Source: an uncultured Planctomycetia bacterium | GTDB taxonomy: Bacteria > Omnitrophota > Gorgyraeia > 2-02-FULL-51-18 | Direction: 5' to 3' | Length of the DNA stretch: 64,000 nucleotides | Assembly (NCBI GenBank): GCA_964642015.1 | Contig: CAZXLF010000006.1 | Location: 58,661 to 122,660 of the forward strand | Part shown: positions 10,925-20,552 of the stretch, one piece after another | Position numbering within the stretch: position 1 is the first letter of the stretch | Layout: each line of letters starts with the position of its first letter | The notes under the pieces: generated by a model | What the model was told of the DNA's origin: nothing | The model's database searches: none | Seen by the model: the letters and a program-made list of their open reading frames with translations, nothing else | Program-made: the position numbers and the translations under genes

Positions 10925-11789
10925 AAATTTTTCTTACAGCCATACCGATAAAGAACGTGATCGCGGCGATGCTGATGCTCAAAATAGCCATTTCGAAAAA
11001 CCGTTTCTTGAAATCCAGACTTTTAGCTACTGAAATGTAAAAAGTGAACACTAAGATCAATACAAGCGCACTGCCAACTGCCAGACCTAGACAGATAAAG
11101 ATATTTGAAAAGAAAAAATAAGGCGTCACCAACACGACCACTGTGCCAATGTAAGTCAGTCCGGTATAGATGCCGGCTTTCAATGGATTTTTATCCGCCT
11201 GCTCCTGTTTCGTGGATAAATATTCTGAGGAACCCATCGACATCGAGGCGGCAATGCCGGTAATGAGCCCGACGATGCCTATGAGCCGTGTATTCTGCAA
11301 AGCCAATGTAAAACCTGCCAAAGTCGCCGTCAACTCCACCAATGCGTCATTCAGGCCTAGAACTATCGAGCTGACGTATTTCAAACGCTCTTCATTGATC
11401 AGATCAAGCAAAGCGCGTTCATGTTTTTTCTCCGCCTGCACTATCTCCTCGACCTTAGGAAGCACTTCCTTCAGTCTGACATAAGCATCCTGCGCGATAT
11501 CTTCGCCTTTTTCCATCAGCTTCAACCCAAAATTCAATCCGAAGATCCTGGATATGAGCGAATAAACCATGATCTTAAAACGGTCAGGCCTCACATTCGA
11601 TCCGGTAATGCTCTTAAAAGCTTCGTAGTGCGTCAATTCTTCTCTGGATATCTTATCCAAGATCACCGCATGATCGCCAACATTGACTATCTTGGATAGC
11701 TTTTTGTAAACAAAATGTTCGGTGATCTCGTTCCGCTGGTAACGCAATATTTCCTGCCGAAGTTCCGGACTTAAGACTTTGTTTTCCAT
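10908..11789 (-). CDS. MbfA-like membrane-bound ferritin: N-terminal erythrin/ferritin-like domain fused to a VIT1/CCC1 transporter
   Basis: N-terminal E...EXXH ferritin-like helices (EITEHFVY..., EELTHYEAF) then a 5-TM VIT1-like C-terminus (GLNDALVELTATLAGF...). Confidence 0.6.
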   Translation of the reverse strand: MENKVLSPELRQEILRYQRNEITEHFVYKKLSKIVNVGDHAVILDKISREELTHYEAFKSITGSNVRPDRFKIMVYSLISRIFGLNFGLKLMEKGEDIAQDAYVRLKEVLPKVEEIVQAEKKHERALLDLINEERLKYVSSIVLGLNDALVELTATLAGFTLALQNTRLIGIVGLITGIAASMSMGSSEYLSTKQEQADKNPLKAGIYTGLTYIGTVVVLVTPYFFFSNIFICLGLAVGSALVLILVFTFYISVAKSLDFKKRFFEMAILSISIAAITFFIGMAVRKIFGVDI

Positions 11790-11794
11790 TTCGT

Positions 11795-12574
11795 TTATTG
11801 AAATATCTCCGTAAAAAATTGTTTCATCGCTTCCCAGGAACGTTTATCCGCAGAAGCATTGTAGGCGGCTCCCTTTGAGGGATCGTCCCCAGCTTCCGGG
11901 ATCGTAAAAGAATGGACCGCGCCTCCATACAAGTGCACTTGATAATCAACGCCAGCATTCCTCATTTCATCTTCCAGGGCCAGTACCTGCTCTTTTGGAG
12001 CAAAAGGATCATCGGCTCCGTGCAATATCAGAACTTTACCTTTAATATTTTTCGCGTCTTCAGGATTCGGTGTGTCCAATCCACCATGAAAACTCACAAC
12101 ACCGCGCAGATCCGCCCCGCTTCTGGCCAACTCGAGCACCGTTGTTCCTCCAAAACAATAACCGATAGCGGCGATACGGGAATCGTCCACATTTTTTTGG
12201 CTCAAAAGAACTTGAAGACCCGCTTTGGCGCGGTCACGCATCAACTGACGGTCCTTCTTATAGATAGCGGCTTGGGCGCCGGCATCCTTAGGATCGGTCG
12301 GACGAATGCCTTTGCCGTACATGTCAATCGCGAATGCAACATAACCCAATCCTGCCAACTGCTCAGCGCGTTTTTTCGGATTTTCGCGCAGACCCGTCCA
12401 ATCATGGACTACTAAAACGCCAGGACGCGCGCCGGATGCGGCATCGTCGTACGCAAGATAACCCTCCAGAACAGCATCGCCATGTTTGTATTCGATCGTT
12501 TGCGTTTTGATCTCTGCCCACGCATTGATCTGGAATACAAATAAGGCGGCGATAAGCAAAAAAATGCGTTTCAT
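11795..12574 (-). CDS. Dienelactone hydrolase-family alpha/beta hydrolase (secreted)
   Basis: Signal peptide; GYCFGG nucleophile elbow; VLILHGADDP and HSF motifs. Confidence 0.75.
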   Translation of the reverse strand: MKRIFLLIAALFVFQINAWAEIKTQTIEYKHGDAVLEGYLAYDDAASGARPGVLVVHDWTGLRENPKKRAEQLAGLGYVAFAIDMYGKGIRPTDPKDAGAQAAIYKKDRQLMRDRAKAGLQVLLSQKNVDDSRIAAIGYCFGGTTVLELARSGADLRGVVSFHGGLDTPNPEDAKNIKGKVLILHGADDPFAPKEQVLALEDEMRNAGVDYQVHLYGGAVHSFTIPEAGDDPSKGAAYNASADKRSWEAMKQFFTEIFQ

Positions 12575-12588
12575 ATAATCCCTCCCGG

Positions 12589-13140
12589 CTAATTCTTTAA
12601 ATATGCTTTGATGATCTTCTGATCGGATTTAGGTTTATCCGAACTATCTACAGACGCATTTTCTATTTTTTGAACCACATCATAACCGGAGACGACTTTA
12701 CCGAATATCGTATGACGGCCGTTCAACCATGGAGTTTTGATTGTCGTGATAAAAAATTGGCTTCCATTAGTTTTTGGGCCCGCATTTGCCATCGCCAATA
12801 TTCCGGGGCCATCGAACTTAACATTCGGATTGAATTCATCTTCAAAAGGCCTGCCCCACACTGATTCTCCTCCGGTGCCGGTACCTGTCGGATCCCCGCC
12901 CTGGATCATAAAATCTTTTATGACACGATGAAATATCAAACCGTCGTAATATTTTTTTTCGGCCAATTTGATGAAATTTTCGCAAGCCTTCGGCGCCACC
13001 TCCGGCATCAGTTGAAGCTCGATCACACCTTGATTTGTTTCTAAAACCATTATCTTGTTCATACCTGATTGGTCTCCATAGATATTCGTGCTGGTTACTA
13101 CGGCTAGCGCCGCTATTGCAATGATCAAAGATTTTCTCAT
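12589..13140 (-). CDS. ppiA: Cyclophilin-type peptidyl-prolyl cis-trans isomerase (periplasmic)
   Basis: FHRVIKDFMIQGGDP...GILAMANAGPKTNGSQFFIT...WLNGRHTIFGKV. Confidence 0.9.
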   Translation of the reverse strand: MRKSLIIAIAALAVVTSTNIYGDQSGMNKIMVLETNQGVIELQLMPEVAPKACENFIKLAEKKYYDGLIFHRVIKDFMIQGGDPTGTGTGGESVWGRPFEDEFNPNVKFDGPGILAMANAGPKTNGSQFFITTIKTPWLNGRHTIFGKVVSGYDVVQKIENASVDSSDKPKSDQKIIKAYLKN

Positions 13141-13308
13141 AAACAGCCATCTCCTGTTTTAATTCACTGGTCATTAAGCTTACCTAGCTTAAAAGAGATA
13201 GATAAAAAACGCCAATGATTTTTTACCTACTTTCTCCGCCAACTCTATCTCCAGTTATCATCTAATCTTATGTGATGCAAAACCTGTTAATAGTATAAAA
13301 ATTAGATA

Positions 13309-13343
13309 CTATTGATAATTTTTAGTTAATAATGTATATTTTA
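13309..13343 (+). promoter_or_regulatory. Candidate sigma70 promoter (TTGATA-N17-TATATT) for the 13348 gene
   Basis: Near-consensus -35/-10 with 17-nt spacing in an AT-rich intergenic region. Confidence 0.35.
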
Positions 13344-13347
13344 TAAT

Positions 13348-13965
13348 ATGGTAAAATCTGCACACTTTTTTTGGGCAAAGACAATAAATAGGGCTCTAGC
13401 CACTTGCTTCTTGGGCTTAGCAGTGATAGCCCCTTTTTGTTTTCATTATGGCTACCATCGTGTATTTCCGCTCCGCGGGGAATGGGTCGATCAGACTGTG
13501 GGACAAATACTGAGCGAGAAATATGGCGATAAAGTAGTGGTGAAAGATACCGAGATCGTCAGTTGGCGCGATATTCGCTGTCAGACCGTCAAAATTTATG
13601 CAAAAGACAGCATGCTCCTTGTCAGCGCCAATTCCGGCAGGATCGTTCTAAAAAATCCCAGTCTGAGTATAAATCACGATTTCATTACCGAGATAGAACT
13701 CTCAGGCGTATCACTTTCCAAACGTTATTTTGAAAATACCAAAGGCATCAAACCTTGGATCCATTTAATGCGAAGGCCGATACACATGAAAAATCTGCTG
13801 CTCAGCATCTCTCAGGGGAACAAATCCACCACCGTCCGTGTCTTAAAATGCAAATCCAACGACATCATCTTAAGCGGCAGCATGATCTTCAATGACAAAG
13901 GTGTTCTTAAAGACGATCTATTTGTCTCAATGTCTCCGCTTAAAATGCTCTGGATGATGATTTGA
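13348..13965 (+). CDS. Hypothetical membrane-anchored protein
   Basis: N-terminal TM helix; no recognisable family. Confidence 0.4.
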   Translation: MVKSAHFFWAKTINRALATCFLGLAVIAPFCFHYGYHRVFPLRGEWVDQTVGQILSEKYGDKVVVKDTEIVSWRDIRCQTVKIYAKDSMLLVSANSGRIVLKNPSLSINHDFITEIELSGVSLSKRYFENTKGIKPWIHLMRRPIHMKNLLLSISQGNKSTTVRVLKCKSNDIILSGSMIFNDKGVLKDDLFVSMSPLKMLWMMI

Positions 13966-13973
13966 TTTAAAAC

Positions 13974-14294
13974 CTATAGGACAGCTTTGTCGCCCTTTTC
14001 GCCTGTGCGCACGCGAATAAGATCGTCCAAAGGAAGTAGCGCTATCTTTCCATTGCCAATATCGCCCGTGCGGCAAACCTTTACGATCACATTGACAAAT
14101 TCATCCGCTTGCTCATCCGTACAATAAATCTCGATCTTGATCTTCGGTAAAACCAGATAATTGTCCGGCCGGCTTGTTTGAGCGCCGAATCCGCGTACAT
14201 CGGATATCGTCATGCCGCCTACACCGGCTGTGCGCAGTTCGTTTTTCAGCTCTTCAAATTTTTCCGGCCTTATGATGCATTCGATCTTCTTCAT
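13974..14294 (-). CDS. PII-family signal-transduction protein (non-canonical T-loop)
   Basis: MKKIECIIRPEKF...GMTISDVRGFG...KIKIEIY...GDIGNGKIALLPLDDLIRVRTGEKG matches the GlnB/GlnK fold and B/C-loops. The T-loop is short and lacks the canonical RGxEY Tyr context. Confidence 0.8.
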   Translation of the reverse strand: MKKIECIIRPEKFEELKNELRTAGVGGMTISDVRGFGAQTSRPDNYLVLPKIKIEIYCTDEQADEFVNVIVKVCRTGDIGNGKIALLPLDDLIRVRTGEKGDKAVL

Positions 14295-14399
14295 AAAATT
14301 CTCCATTTGATCGGTATAATCTACAGGAATATCATTTCAAACAAGTTACAAAAAATGAACAACGATGAAAAAGCCTTGGATTAAAAAACTGCGGTCGAT

Positions 14400-15662
14400 C
14401 TATATTCTGAAAAACAGATACCAAATAACAAAAAAGATCGGTATCAGTATCGGGAGACTATATTTATAGAAATACTCAAAAAAATGTGGCGTCTTGGCTT
14501 CAGACTGATCCGCTATCGACTTGACCAAAAAATTAGGCCCATTACCGATATAAGTAACGGCTCCAAAAAAAACTGAGCCGACGCTTATGGCTCGAATAAA
14601 ATTCGGATAGTTTGAAAGAAGATCGACAACCCCCTTATTTCCAGCAACTCCTTTCCCAAATAAGCCCAATGCAGCACTAAAGAAACTGAGATACGTCGGA
14701 GCATTATCCAAGACGCTGGACAAGATCCCGCTGCTCCAATAAAACTGTCCGGGATTGTTCAGTCCGAGTTGAGGGGCGTAACGTTCAAGCCATTCCAAAG
14801 CAGGGATCATCGTAATAAATATTCCGGCGAACAAAATGGCCACCTCTTTGATGGGAGCGAAATTAAAATCATTGCTTTCATGAACAGACTTAGCCGTCGT
14901 TGTATAAGATAAAAATGCCGCCAATACCATTATCGCCTCTCTTAAAAAAGGCGGATGGTTGATAAAAACTGAGCCGACGATCATCGCCAAAAAAATCATG
15001 TTATGCATGCCTAAAAATTTCCATTCCTCGTGGGTCGTTTCTTTTTGGCGGATCTCCAAAGGCGCTTTTTTGAAATCCAGCGTATCCAAAACAAAGAACA
15101 CTGCCAGCAGTACACCGATCGCAATAAGCCAGATCGGAAATACATTATTCAAAACCCAAAAAAACGGCACACCCTTCAAATATCCCAGAAAAAGCGGCGG
15201 ATCGCCTATCGGTGTCAGCCCTCCTCCTATATTACTGACGATGAAAATAAAAAAGACCGTATGATACGCCGTGATCCTGTATTTGTTCATGCGAAGCCAT
15301 GGGCGAATGAGCACCATTGATGCGCCGGTAGTTCCCAGAACATTCGAAAACAACGCGCCGATCAAAAGAAAAATACAATTGGCCAGTGGCGTCGCTTCGC
15401 CTTTGACGTTGATATGAATTCCGCCGGATACAACAAACAAAGAACCGATCAGACAAATAAAACTGATATATTCGACGCCGGTATGGACAAGACTGGCTGT
15501 ATACTTCAATTGAAAAAGATAATGGGCTGTAATAAGAAAAGCCGGTCCCAATGAAACAAAAATAAAATTTTTCTCCCACCACTGCTTATTGGCAAGAGGC
15601 AGTACGGCAATCAAACCTAAAAGAAGAATAAAAGGCAGCGTCCAGAGAAATTCTATTATCAT
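14400..15662 (-). CDS. IT-superfamily (ArsB/NhaD-like) anion/cation permease
   Basis: About 12-13 TM with two re-entrant hairpin-like motifs (IGGGLTPIGDPPLFLG and IGNGPNFLV). Subfamily and substrate unresolved. Confidence 0.5.
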   Translation of the reverse strand: MIIEFLWTLPFILLLGLIAVLPLANKQWWEKNFIFVSLGPAFLITAHYLFQLKYTASLVHTGVEYISFICLIGSLFVVSGGIHINVKGEATPLANCIFLLIGALFSNVLGTTGASMVLIRPWLRMNKYRITAYHTVFFIFIVSNIGGGLTPIGDPPLFLGYLKGVPFFWVLNNVFPIWLIAIGVLLAVFFVLDTLDFKKAPLEIRQKETTHEEWKFLGMHNMIFLAMIVGSVFINHPPFLREAIMVLAAFLSYTTTAKSVHESNDFNFAPIKEVAILFAGIFITMIPALEWLERYAPQLGLNNPGQFYWSSGILSSVLDNAPTYLSFFSAALGLFGKGVAGNKGVVDLLSNYPNFIRAISVGSVFFGAVTYIGNGPNFLVKSIADQSEAKTPHFFEYFYKYSLPILIPIFFVIWYLFFRI

Positions 15663-15785
15663 GCTTGTTGGCCAGTGATGGTCTTAAAAAGTTCTGTCTG
15701 TTGAAACTTTTTGATAATTATACCAAGATAACCGCGAAATCAGACGGAGTTTCGTCTGGGCAATGATACCCGTTGATAAGGAATC

Positions 15786-17759
15786 TCAGACCCGAATCGG
15801 AAGGATCACGAACGGAATTCCCTGCTTGTAAAATTTTCTCTGCAATACAAAAACCGTGTGATTGTGAAGGATGCGGGTGAACACCGTCTCTTCCGGAAAT
15901 ACAAGCTGGCCTCCGAAAAAAACAGCGTTAGGGTAAAGTTTTAAAAGTTCAGGCGCTATCTTTTCAGCTTCACTGACAACATCGATCCCGATATATGAAA
16001 GACCTTCGGCATAACAGCCCTGGCTCTGCATAAAATCCACGTAGCGGTTCACTTCTTTATTTATCTTATTCTTTAAATGGTCCACTTCGTCCGCGCCTTT
16101 AAAATTTCCTGCATCAATGATCCCTATTTGAACGAATACAAAATTTTTGAATGCCGTTCCAAAAAGACGGATCGAATTAAAAAGCGTGTGAAGTCCGAGC
16201 CCGTTAAATCCGTTCACCAGAAACACAGCCGTTTTTGCATCAGGCGACGTGTCCTTCGGTGTCGCTCCTTTGGGGAATTCCACTGATGCGGCTTCTTGAA
16301 GCAGGTCATTCAGGCGCCTGAGCATATGCGCGGTCTTCAGATAATGCCGTTTGACGATCACGGCGACCGCGATCAATGATCCTGTTATCGCAATAGTGAT
16401 CCATCCGCCGTCATGGAACTTCAAAATCACCACTGTCACAAGAATAAAGGTCGTCGCAATGAGGCCCAGACCTGCGATGATAAGCTTTCCCCACCAGATC
16501 CGGACCGTCTTTCGCATTTCCCACCAATGTTTGACCATTCCTAAATGCGATAAGCAAAAGGTAATGAACACATTGATGCTATAAAGAACAACGAGGAACC
16601 GGACAGAACCCTTCGTTAACACGATCGTTACCAATGCTGCCGCACCCATCCACAAGACGCCGTTCTGCGACACCAGACGGTCGCTTAGCATCGCGAATTG
16701 GGAAGGAAACCAACGGTCAAGCGCCATATTTGAAAGTATTTTCGGTCCGCCTAAAAATCCGGTCTGTGCCGCAGTAAAAAGAAGTAACGCCTCCGAGATT
16801 AATGTCACCAATACAAAAACATAACCCCCGTGTCCCCATCCGGCTGTCACTTGTTCGAATAAGACTGCATTCAGAGTCTTGCCATGTATATGCTCAACGT
16901 GGAATAAAAGATACGCAAGCATGAGACCCATAACGGTAAACGCAAGAGAAAAAGCCATGTAACGCATCGTGCTTTTACCGGTCTTTACTCGAGGTTCTCT
17001 TAAGATCGCCATGCCGTTGCTGACCGCTTCGATACCGGTAAAGGTTCCCGCGCCCATACTATAAGCGCGTAAAATCAAGAAGATCATCGCGAAAAGTCCT
17101 ATCTGGGACCGCGTGGTATGGATCTCATTAACGGTCGCATGCAAGACCCCTGAAAAATTTCCGGAATGAACGATCAGTGCGTAGACAATAACCAACACGT
17201 GGGTAAATAGAAAGATCATAAAAATAGGCACTAGAGGAATAACGGATTCTTTGACTCCGCGTAAATTCAGGATCGTAAGCAATAAAACACCGAATATCGC
17301 GAAAAAAAGCTTATAACTCTGCCACTCCACCGGCAGAAAACTGTAAATGGCGTCCGTGCCGCTAGCGATCGATATCGCGATAGTCAGAACATAATCAATC
17401 AGAAGTGCACATCCAGACACTAACCCGGCATTCGGCGACAAGAGTTTGCTTGCAACCAGATAGCCGCCGCCGCCCGCTGGAAACAATTCGATGATTTGAG
17501 AATAGCTGGCACTGATCAAAAAAACCGTAAGCGCCGAAGCTAGAGCGACAAAAATACTGAGATAATAGTGCCCGTGTAAAGCTAAAAAAGCCTCTTCGGG
17601 ACCGTAACAAGATGAAGATAAGCCGTCCGCGCCTAAACCTACCCAGGCAAAAAAAGCGATCAGCGATAAATGATGGAAGACGCTTTGGTCCAACGGGCTT
17701 TTGGCCTGGCCGATCACGGCGTGTTTTATTTTTTTCGTAAAAGATTTGGAAGCAGGCAT
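15786..17759 (-). CDS. kimA: KimA-family high-affinity K+/H+ symporter (APC superfamily) with C-terminal cytoplasmic domain, copy 2
   Basis: Blocks shared with B. subtilis KimA: LSLIAFFAWVGLGADGLSSSCYGPEEA, FPAGGGGYLVASKLL...LLIDYVLTIAISIASGTDA, LNLRGVKES, TGIEAVSNG and C-terminal TVFTRILHNHTVF. The ORF-track start is TTG; the in-frame ATG at 17759 is used. Confidence 0.8.
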   Translation of the reverse strand: MPASKSFTKKIKHAVIGQAKSPLDQSVFHHLSLIAFFAWVGLGADGLSSSCYGPEEAFLALHGHYYLSIFVALASALTVFLISASYSQIIELFPAGGGGYLVASKLLSPNAGLVSGCALLIDYVLTIAISIASGTDAIYSFLPVEWQSYKLFFAIFGVLLLTILNLRGVKESVIPLVPIFMIFLFTHVLVIVYALIVHSGNFSGVLHATVNEIHTTRSQIGLFAMIFLILRAYSMGAGTFTGIEAVSNGMAILREPRVKTGKSTMRYMAFSLAFTVMGLMLAYLLFHVEHIHGKTLNAVLFEQVTAGWGHGGYVFVLVTLISEALLLFTAAQTGFLGGPKILSNMALDRWFPSQFAMLSDRLVSQNGVLWMGAAALVTIVLTKGSVRFLVVLYSINVFITFCLSHLGMVKHWWEMRKTVRIWWGKLIIAGLGLIATTFILVTVVILKFHDGGWITIAITGSLIAVAVIVKRHYLKTAHMLRRLNDLLQEAASVEFPKGATPKDTSPDAKTAVFLVNGFNGLGLHTLFNSIRLFGTAFKNFVFVQIGIIDAGNFKGADEVDHLKNKINKEVNRYVDFMQSQGCYAEGLSYIGIDVVSEAEKIAPELLKLYPNAVFFGGQLVFPEETVFTRILHNHTVFVLQRKFYKQGIPFVILPIRV

Positions 17760-17805
17760 AAAATTTTCTTTCGCTCCAATAAATGAATTAAAGATATTTA
17801 TTACA

Positions 17806-17846
17806 AGTAAACGCCAGCGCAAAATTTTTACGCTGGCGTTTACTTT
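17806..17846 (-). terminator. 14-bp perfect hairpin between glnK and kimA copy 2 (possible attenuator or terminator)
   Basis: agtaaacgccagcg-caaaattttta-cgctggcgtttact. Downstream on the minus strand is AT-rich but lacks a clean U-run. Confidence 0.4.
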
Positions 17847-17869
17847 CTAGATGGTTATAACAACAGGGC

Positions 17870-18208
17870 TTAGATAGCTTTGTCTCCCTGCTCTCCGGTA
17901 CGAATACGAATCGCGTCGTCAATGGGGGCTATAAAGATCTTGCCGTCCCCAACTGCACCCGAACGGCAAATTTCCATGATCGCCTCGATCAGTTTTTTAA
18001 CCTGGCTATCGGCAACCACGATCTCTATCTTTATTTTCGCGAGGAACGGCGTCTTGTACTCCGTGCCTCGAAATTGATGCGTCACACCCCCTTGTTTACC
18101 ATGACCTTTTATCTCTGTCACCATCATGCCGGGATAACCGATCTTTTCCAGATGTTGACGTAAAACTTCGAGTTTTTCAGGTCGGATAATCGCTTCGATC
18201 TTTTTCAT
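17870..18208 (-). CDS. glnK: Nitrogen regulatory protein PII (GlnK type)
   Basis: MKKIEAIIRPEKL...GHGKQGG...FRGTEYKTPFLAKIKIEIVV...GAVGDGKIFIAPIDDAIRIRTGE has a canonical T-loop with Tyr51. It lies 12 nt downstream of amtB. Confidence 0.9.
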   Translation of the reverse strand: MKKIEAIIRPEKLEVLRQHLEKIGYPGMMVTEIKGHGKQGGVTHQFRGTEYKTPFLAKIKIEIVVADSQVKKLIEAIMEICRSGAVGDGKIFIAPIDDAIRIRTGEQGDKAI

Positions 18209-18220
18209 ATATCCTCCCGA

Positions 18221-19684
18221 TTAAGCTGTCGGAAGTTCGGGATAAGCCGAACCGCCGTGTTCATGAATATCAAGACCCTGTAATTCCCCCTCTTTGGAAA
18301 CACGCAGAGTTCCTGTCAAATTCACTAGCCACATCAAAAGCAATCCACCAAAGAAGGCTCCGGCACCGATGGAAGCATTGCCAATGACTTGCGCAATGAA
18401 TTGATCCCAACCACCACCATAAAGCAACCCTTTGACCACCGCGGCTGCCGAATTGTCAGCTCCGGTCGGTGTAGGCGCTCCGAACTGTCCTGTAGCAAAC
18501 AAACCAAGACTCCAAGTGCCCCAAACACCGCACAGGCCATGTACCGGCCAAGCTCCGCACGGATCATCAACGCGAATATGTTCCAAAAAATCCGTGCCCA
18601 AGATAACTAATACGCCGGCCACAAGACCTATAACGATTGCACCACCGGGAGAAACCCAGTAGCAAGGACATGTGATCGCGACGAGGCCTGCTAAAATTCC
18701 ATTGCAAGTAGCTCCGCAATCCCATATCTTGGCCCGAGGATAAACAAAGAAAATGGCTGAAAGTCCTCCGGCGACAGCGGCAAGCGTCGTGTTGCATGCG
18801 ATACGGCCAATTCCTATCATATCCATTGCCGAAAGCGTGCTTCCGGGATTGAAACCGTACCATCCAAACCATAGAATGATCGTCCCAAGTGCTGCGATCG
18901 TCATGTCATGGCCTGGCATGGGTCCACCGCCATCCCTTTTGAACTTACGACCTAAACGAGGTCCTAAGACTATCGCACCTGCTAACGCGATCATACCGCC
19001 GATCGTGTGAACTACTGTCGAGCCTGCGAAATCATGGAACGCCGCCGGCTTGATTGTATTCAACCAGCCATCCGGACCCCATGCCCAATGACCCAAAATC
19101 GGATACATCACGCCGCTGACTACAAAACTATACAATAGGTCGCCGATGAATCCTGTGCGTCCAAGCATCGCACCGGAAGTAATAGTTGAGGTGCAATCCG
19201 CAAACGCAAACTGGAAAAGGAAATAGGCCAGCGTGGCCACACCCGTACTTCCATAGGTCTCAGGAATGCCATGCAGAAAATAATATTGATTTCCGATAAA
19301 GCCGTTGCCCGAGCCGAACATCCAAGCAAAACCCCATGCCCAGAACAAAATGCCGCAAAGACAAGTATCAATGACACCTTCCAGCAACACATTAATGGTC
19401 TCACGCGTACGGCCAAAACCCGCTTCCAGCATCATGAAACCGGCTTGCATGAAAAATACCAAAAACGCCGTAATTAGCACCCACATCGTATTGATCGGAT
19501 TAATATAAGGTGCCGGTGCAGCAGCGTCTTCTGCCCAAACCTTGGCTCCAAAATAAGCAGGCACAGCATAAATTATTGCAATGAGCAAGCCCACTCCAAG
19601 CATCTTACCGCCGAAGATCGCATAAAAGAGTTTCCTCTCTTTTGGATCCCGCATCTTTTCAAAAAACTTCTTAACTGACCTCAT
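18221..19684 (-). CDS. amtB: Ammonium transporter (Amt/MEP family)
   Basis: Amt signatures (MQAGFMMLEAGF, twin-His region) and a C-terminal tail. Confidence 0.9.
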   Translation of the reverse strand: MRSVKKFFEKMRDPKERKLFYAIFGGKMLGVGLLIAIIYAVPAYFGAKVWAEDAAAPAPYINPINTMWVLITAFLVFFMQAGFMMLEAGFGRTRETINVLLEGVIDTCLCGILFWAWGFAWMFGSGNGFIGNQYYFLHGIPETYGSTGVATLAYFLFQFAFADCTSTITSGAMLGRTGFIGDLLYSFVVSGVMYPILGHWAWGPDGWLNTIKPAAFHDFAGSTVVHTIGGMIALAGAIVLGPRLGRKFKRDGGGPMPGHDMTIAALGTIILWFGWYGFNPGSTLSAMDMIGIGRIACNTTLAAVAGGLSAIFFVYPRAKIWDCGATCNGILAGLVAITCPCYWVSPGGAIVIGLVAGVLVILGTDFLEHIRVDDPCGAWPVHGLCGVWGTWSLGLFATGQFGAPTPTGADNSAAAVVKGLLYGGGWDQFIAQVIGNASIGAGAFFGGLLLMWLVNLTGTLRVSKEGELQGLDIHEHGGSAYPELPTA

Positions 19685-19736
19685 AAACCGCCTCCTTTTC
19701 CATTTCTCTCCTCCCTTTCTTTTATTTTCCCTTTAA

Positions 19737-20468
19737 TTAATAAGCCAAATCATGGTTCATTAATCTAATGACTCCGTAACACCAATCAATGTCAGATTCC
19801 CTGACCCTGACAACCGACTGCTTAAGATCAATGGCCCGAAGAATCTTTGTTTTATTCTCGCTTGAATAGATCCGACACATCGGCGGATGGCCTTTTACTT
19901 TAATCACCACCAATTGGCCATCCTTTATCCGCTCCATCGACTTTCTGATATCGACCAGCACGATATCTCCTAACCGGCAATTGGGCTCCATGCGTTTATC
20001 GGTGATCTCAAATCCGAAAATAAATCCTGGAAAAACATCCGACGGTAAAAAACATCGTCTTTGCGTCCACTTAACGGGATTTTTGATGGCATCTAAAGGA
20101 AGGGATCTTGTCTTGTCGTTCAAAAGAGGCGCATAGTTAGGCCCTGAGATCGAAACAACCGGATCTTTCGATCCCAAAATCAAATCTCTTCGATATTTTG
20201 TTTTTCGTATGCCTTTAATCTTCATAACTTCCGTAAAAGGAATCCGGAAAATACCGGCTATTTTTTTTAGGATGTCATTCCTTAAAGGAAAAGAGCGTTT
20301 GTTCTCCCATTTGGAGACCGCCTGCTTTTTCACTCCGATCTTCCGGGATAATTCCTCTTGCGTCATTCTCAGTCCGGTCCTTAGCTCTTTTAATATGGAA
20401 CCAAATTCTTCTACAGCTATGCTCATACTGTGGTTGGGACTATTTAAAGTGTCTCTGTTTGTCATCAT
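19737..20468 (-). CDS. LexA/CI-like regulator: XRE-type HTH plus C-terminal S24 peptidase-like domain lacking the catalytic Ser
   Basis: HTH: TQEELSRKIGVKKQAVSKWE. C-terminal S24 fold: DKRMEPNCRLGDIVLVD...GQLVVIKVKG. Arg or Lys sits where LexA has the Ser-119 nucleophile (GDSM); Lys is retained. Confidence 0.65.
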   Translation of the reverse strand: MMTNRDTLNSPNHSMSIAVEEFGSILKELRTGLRMTQEELSRKIGVKKQAVSKWENKRSFPLRNDILKKIAGIFRIPFTEVMKIKGIRKTKYRRDLILGSKDPVVSISGPNYAPLLNDKTRSLPLDAIKNPVKWTQRRCFLPSDVFPGFIFGFEITDKRMEPNCRLGDIVLVDIRKSMERIKDGQLVVIKVKGHPPMCRIYSSENKTKILRAIDLKQSVVRVRESDIDWCYGVIRLMNHDLAY

Positions 20469-20525
20469 TTATTCATCAACTAAAAGCTTATTAATATCAA
20501 AATTCCATCAATTTATGTAAAAATA

Positions 20526-20552
20526 TGACATTTAAATGTTACAGCGAGATTT
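20526..20552 (-). promoter_or_regulatory. Conserved motif TCTGAAAT-N4-CTGTAACAT (minus-strand sense), copy 1, upstream of the LexA-like/amtB/glnK gene string
   Basis: 17 of 21 positions identical to a second copy at about 25060-25088 upstream of the APC-PII operon. The direct half-sites CTGAAAT and CTGTAAC are spaced about 11 bp. Confidence 0.3.

Noticed and set aside
13974-14294. SbtB (bicarbonate-transporter PII-like) identity for the first PII-like gene
   Set aside because: The sequence is GlnB-like in its B and C loops and unlike SbtB. The adjacent permease does not resemble SbtA.
17760-17869. Second c-di-AMP riboswitch upstream of kimA copy 2
   Set aside because: Only about 110 nt between glnK and kimA. 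It contains a simple hairpin but none of the GGGG/ACCCA/GAAUC blocks.
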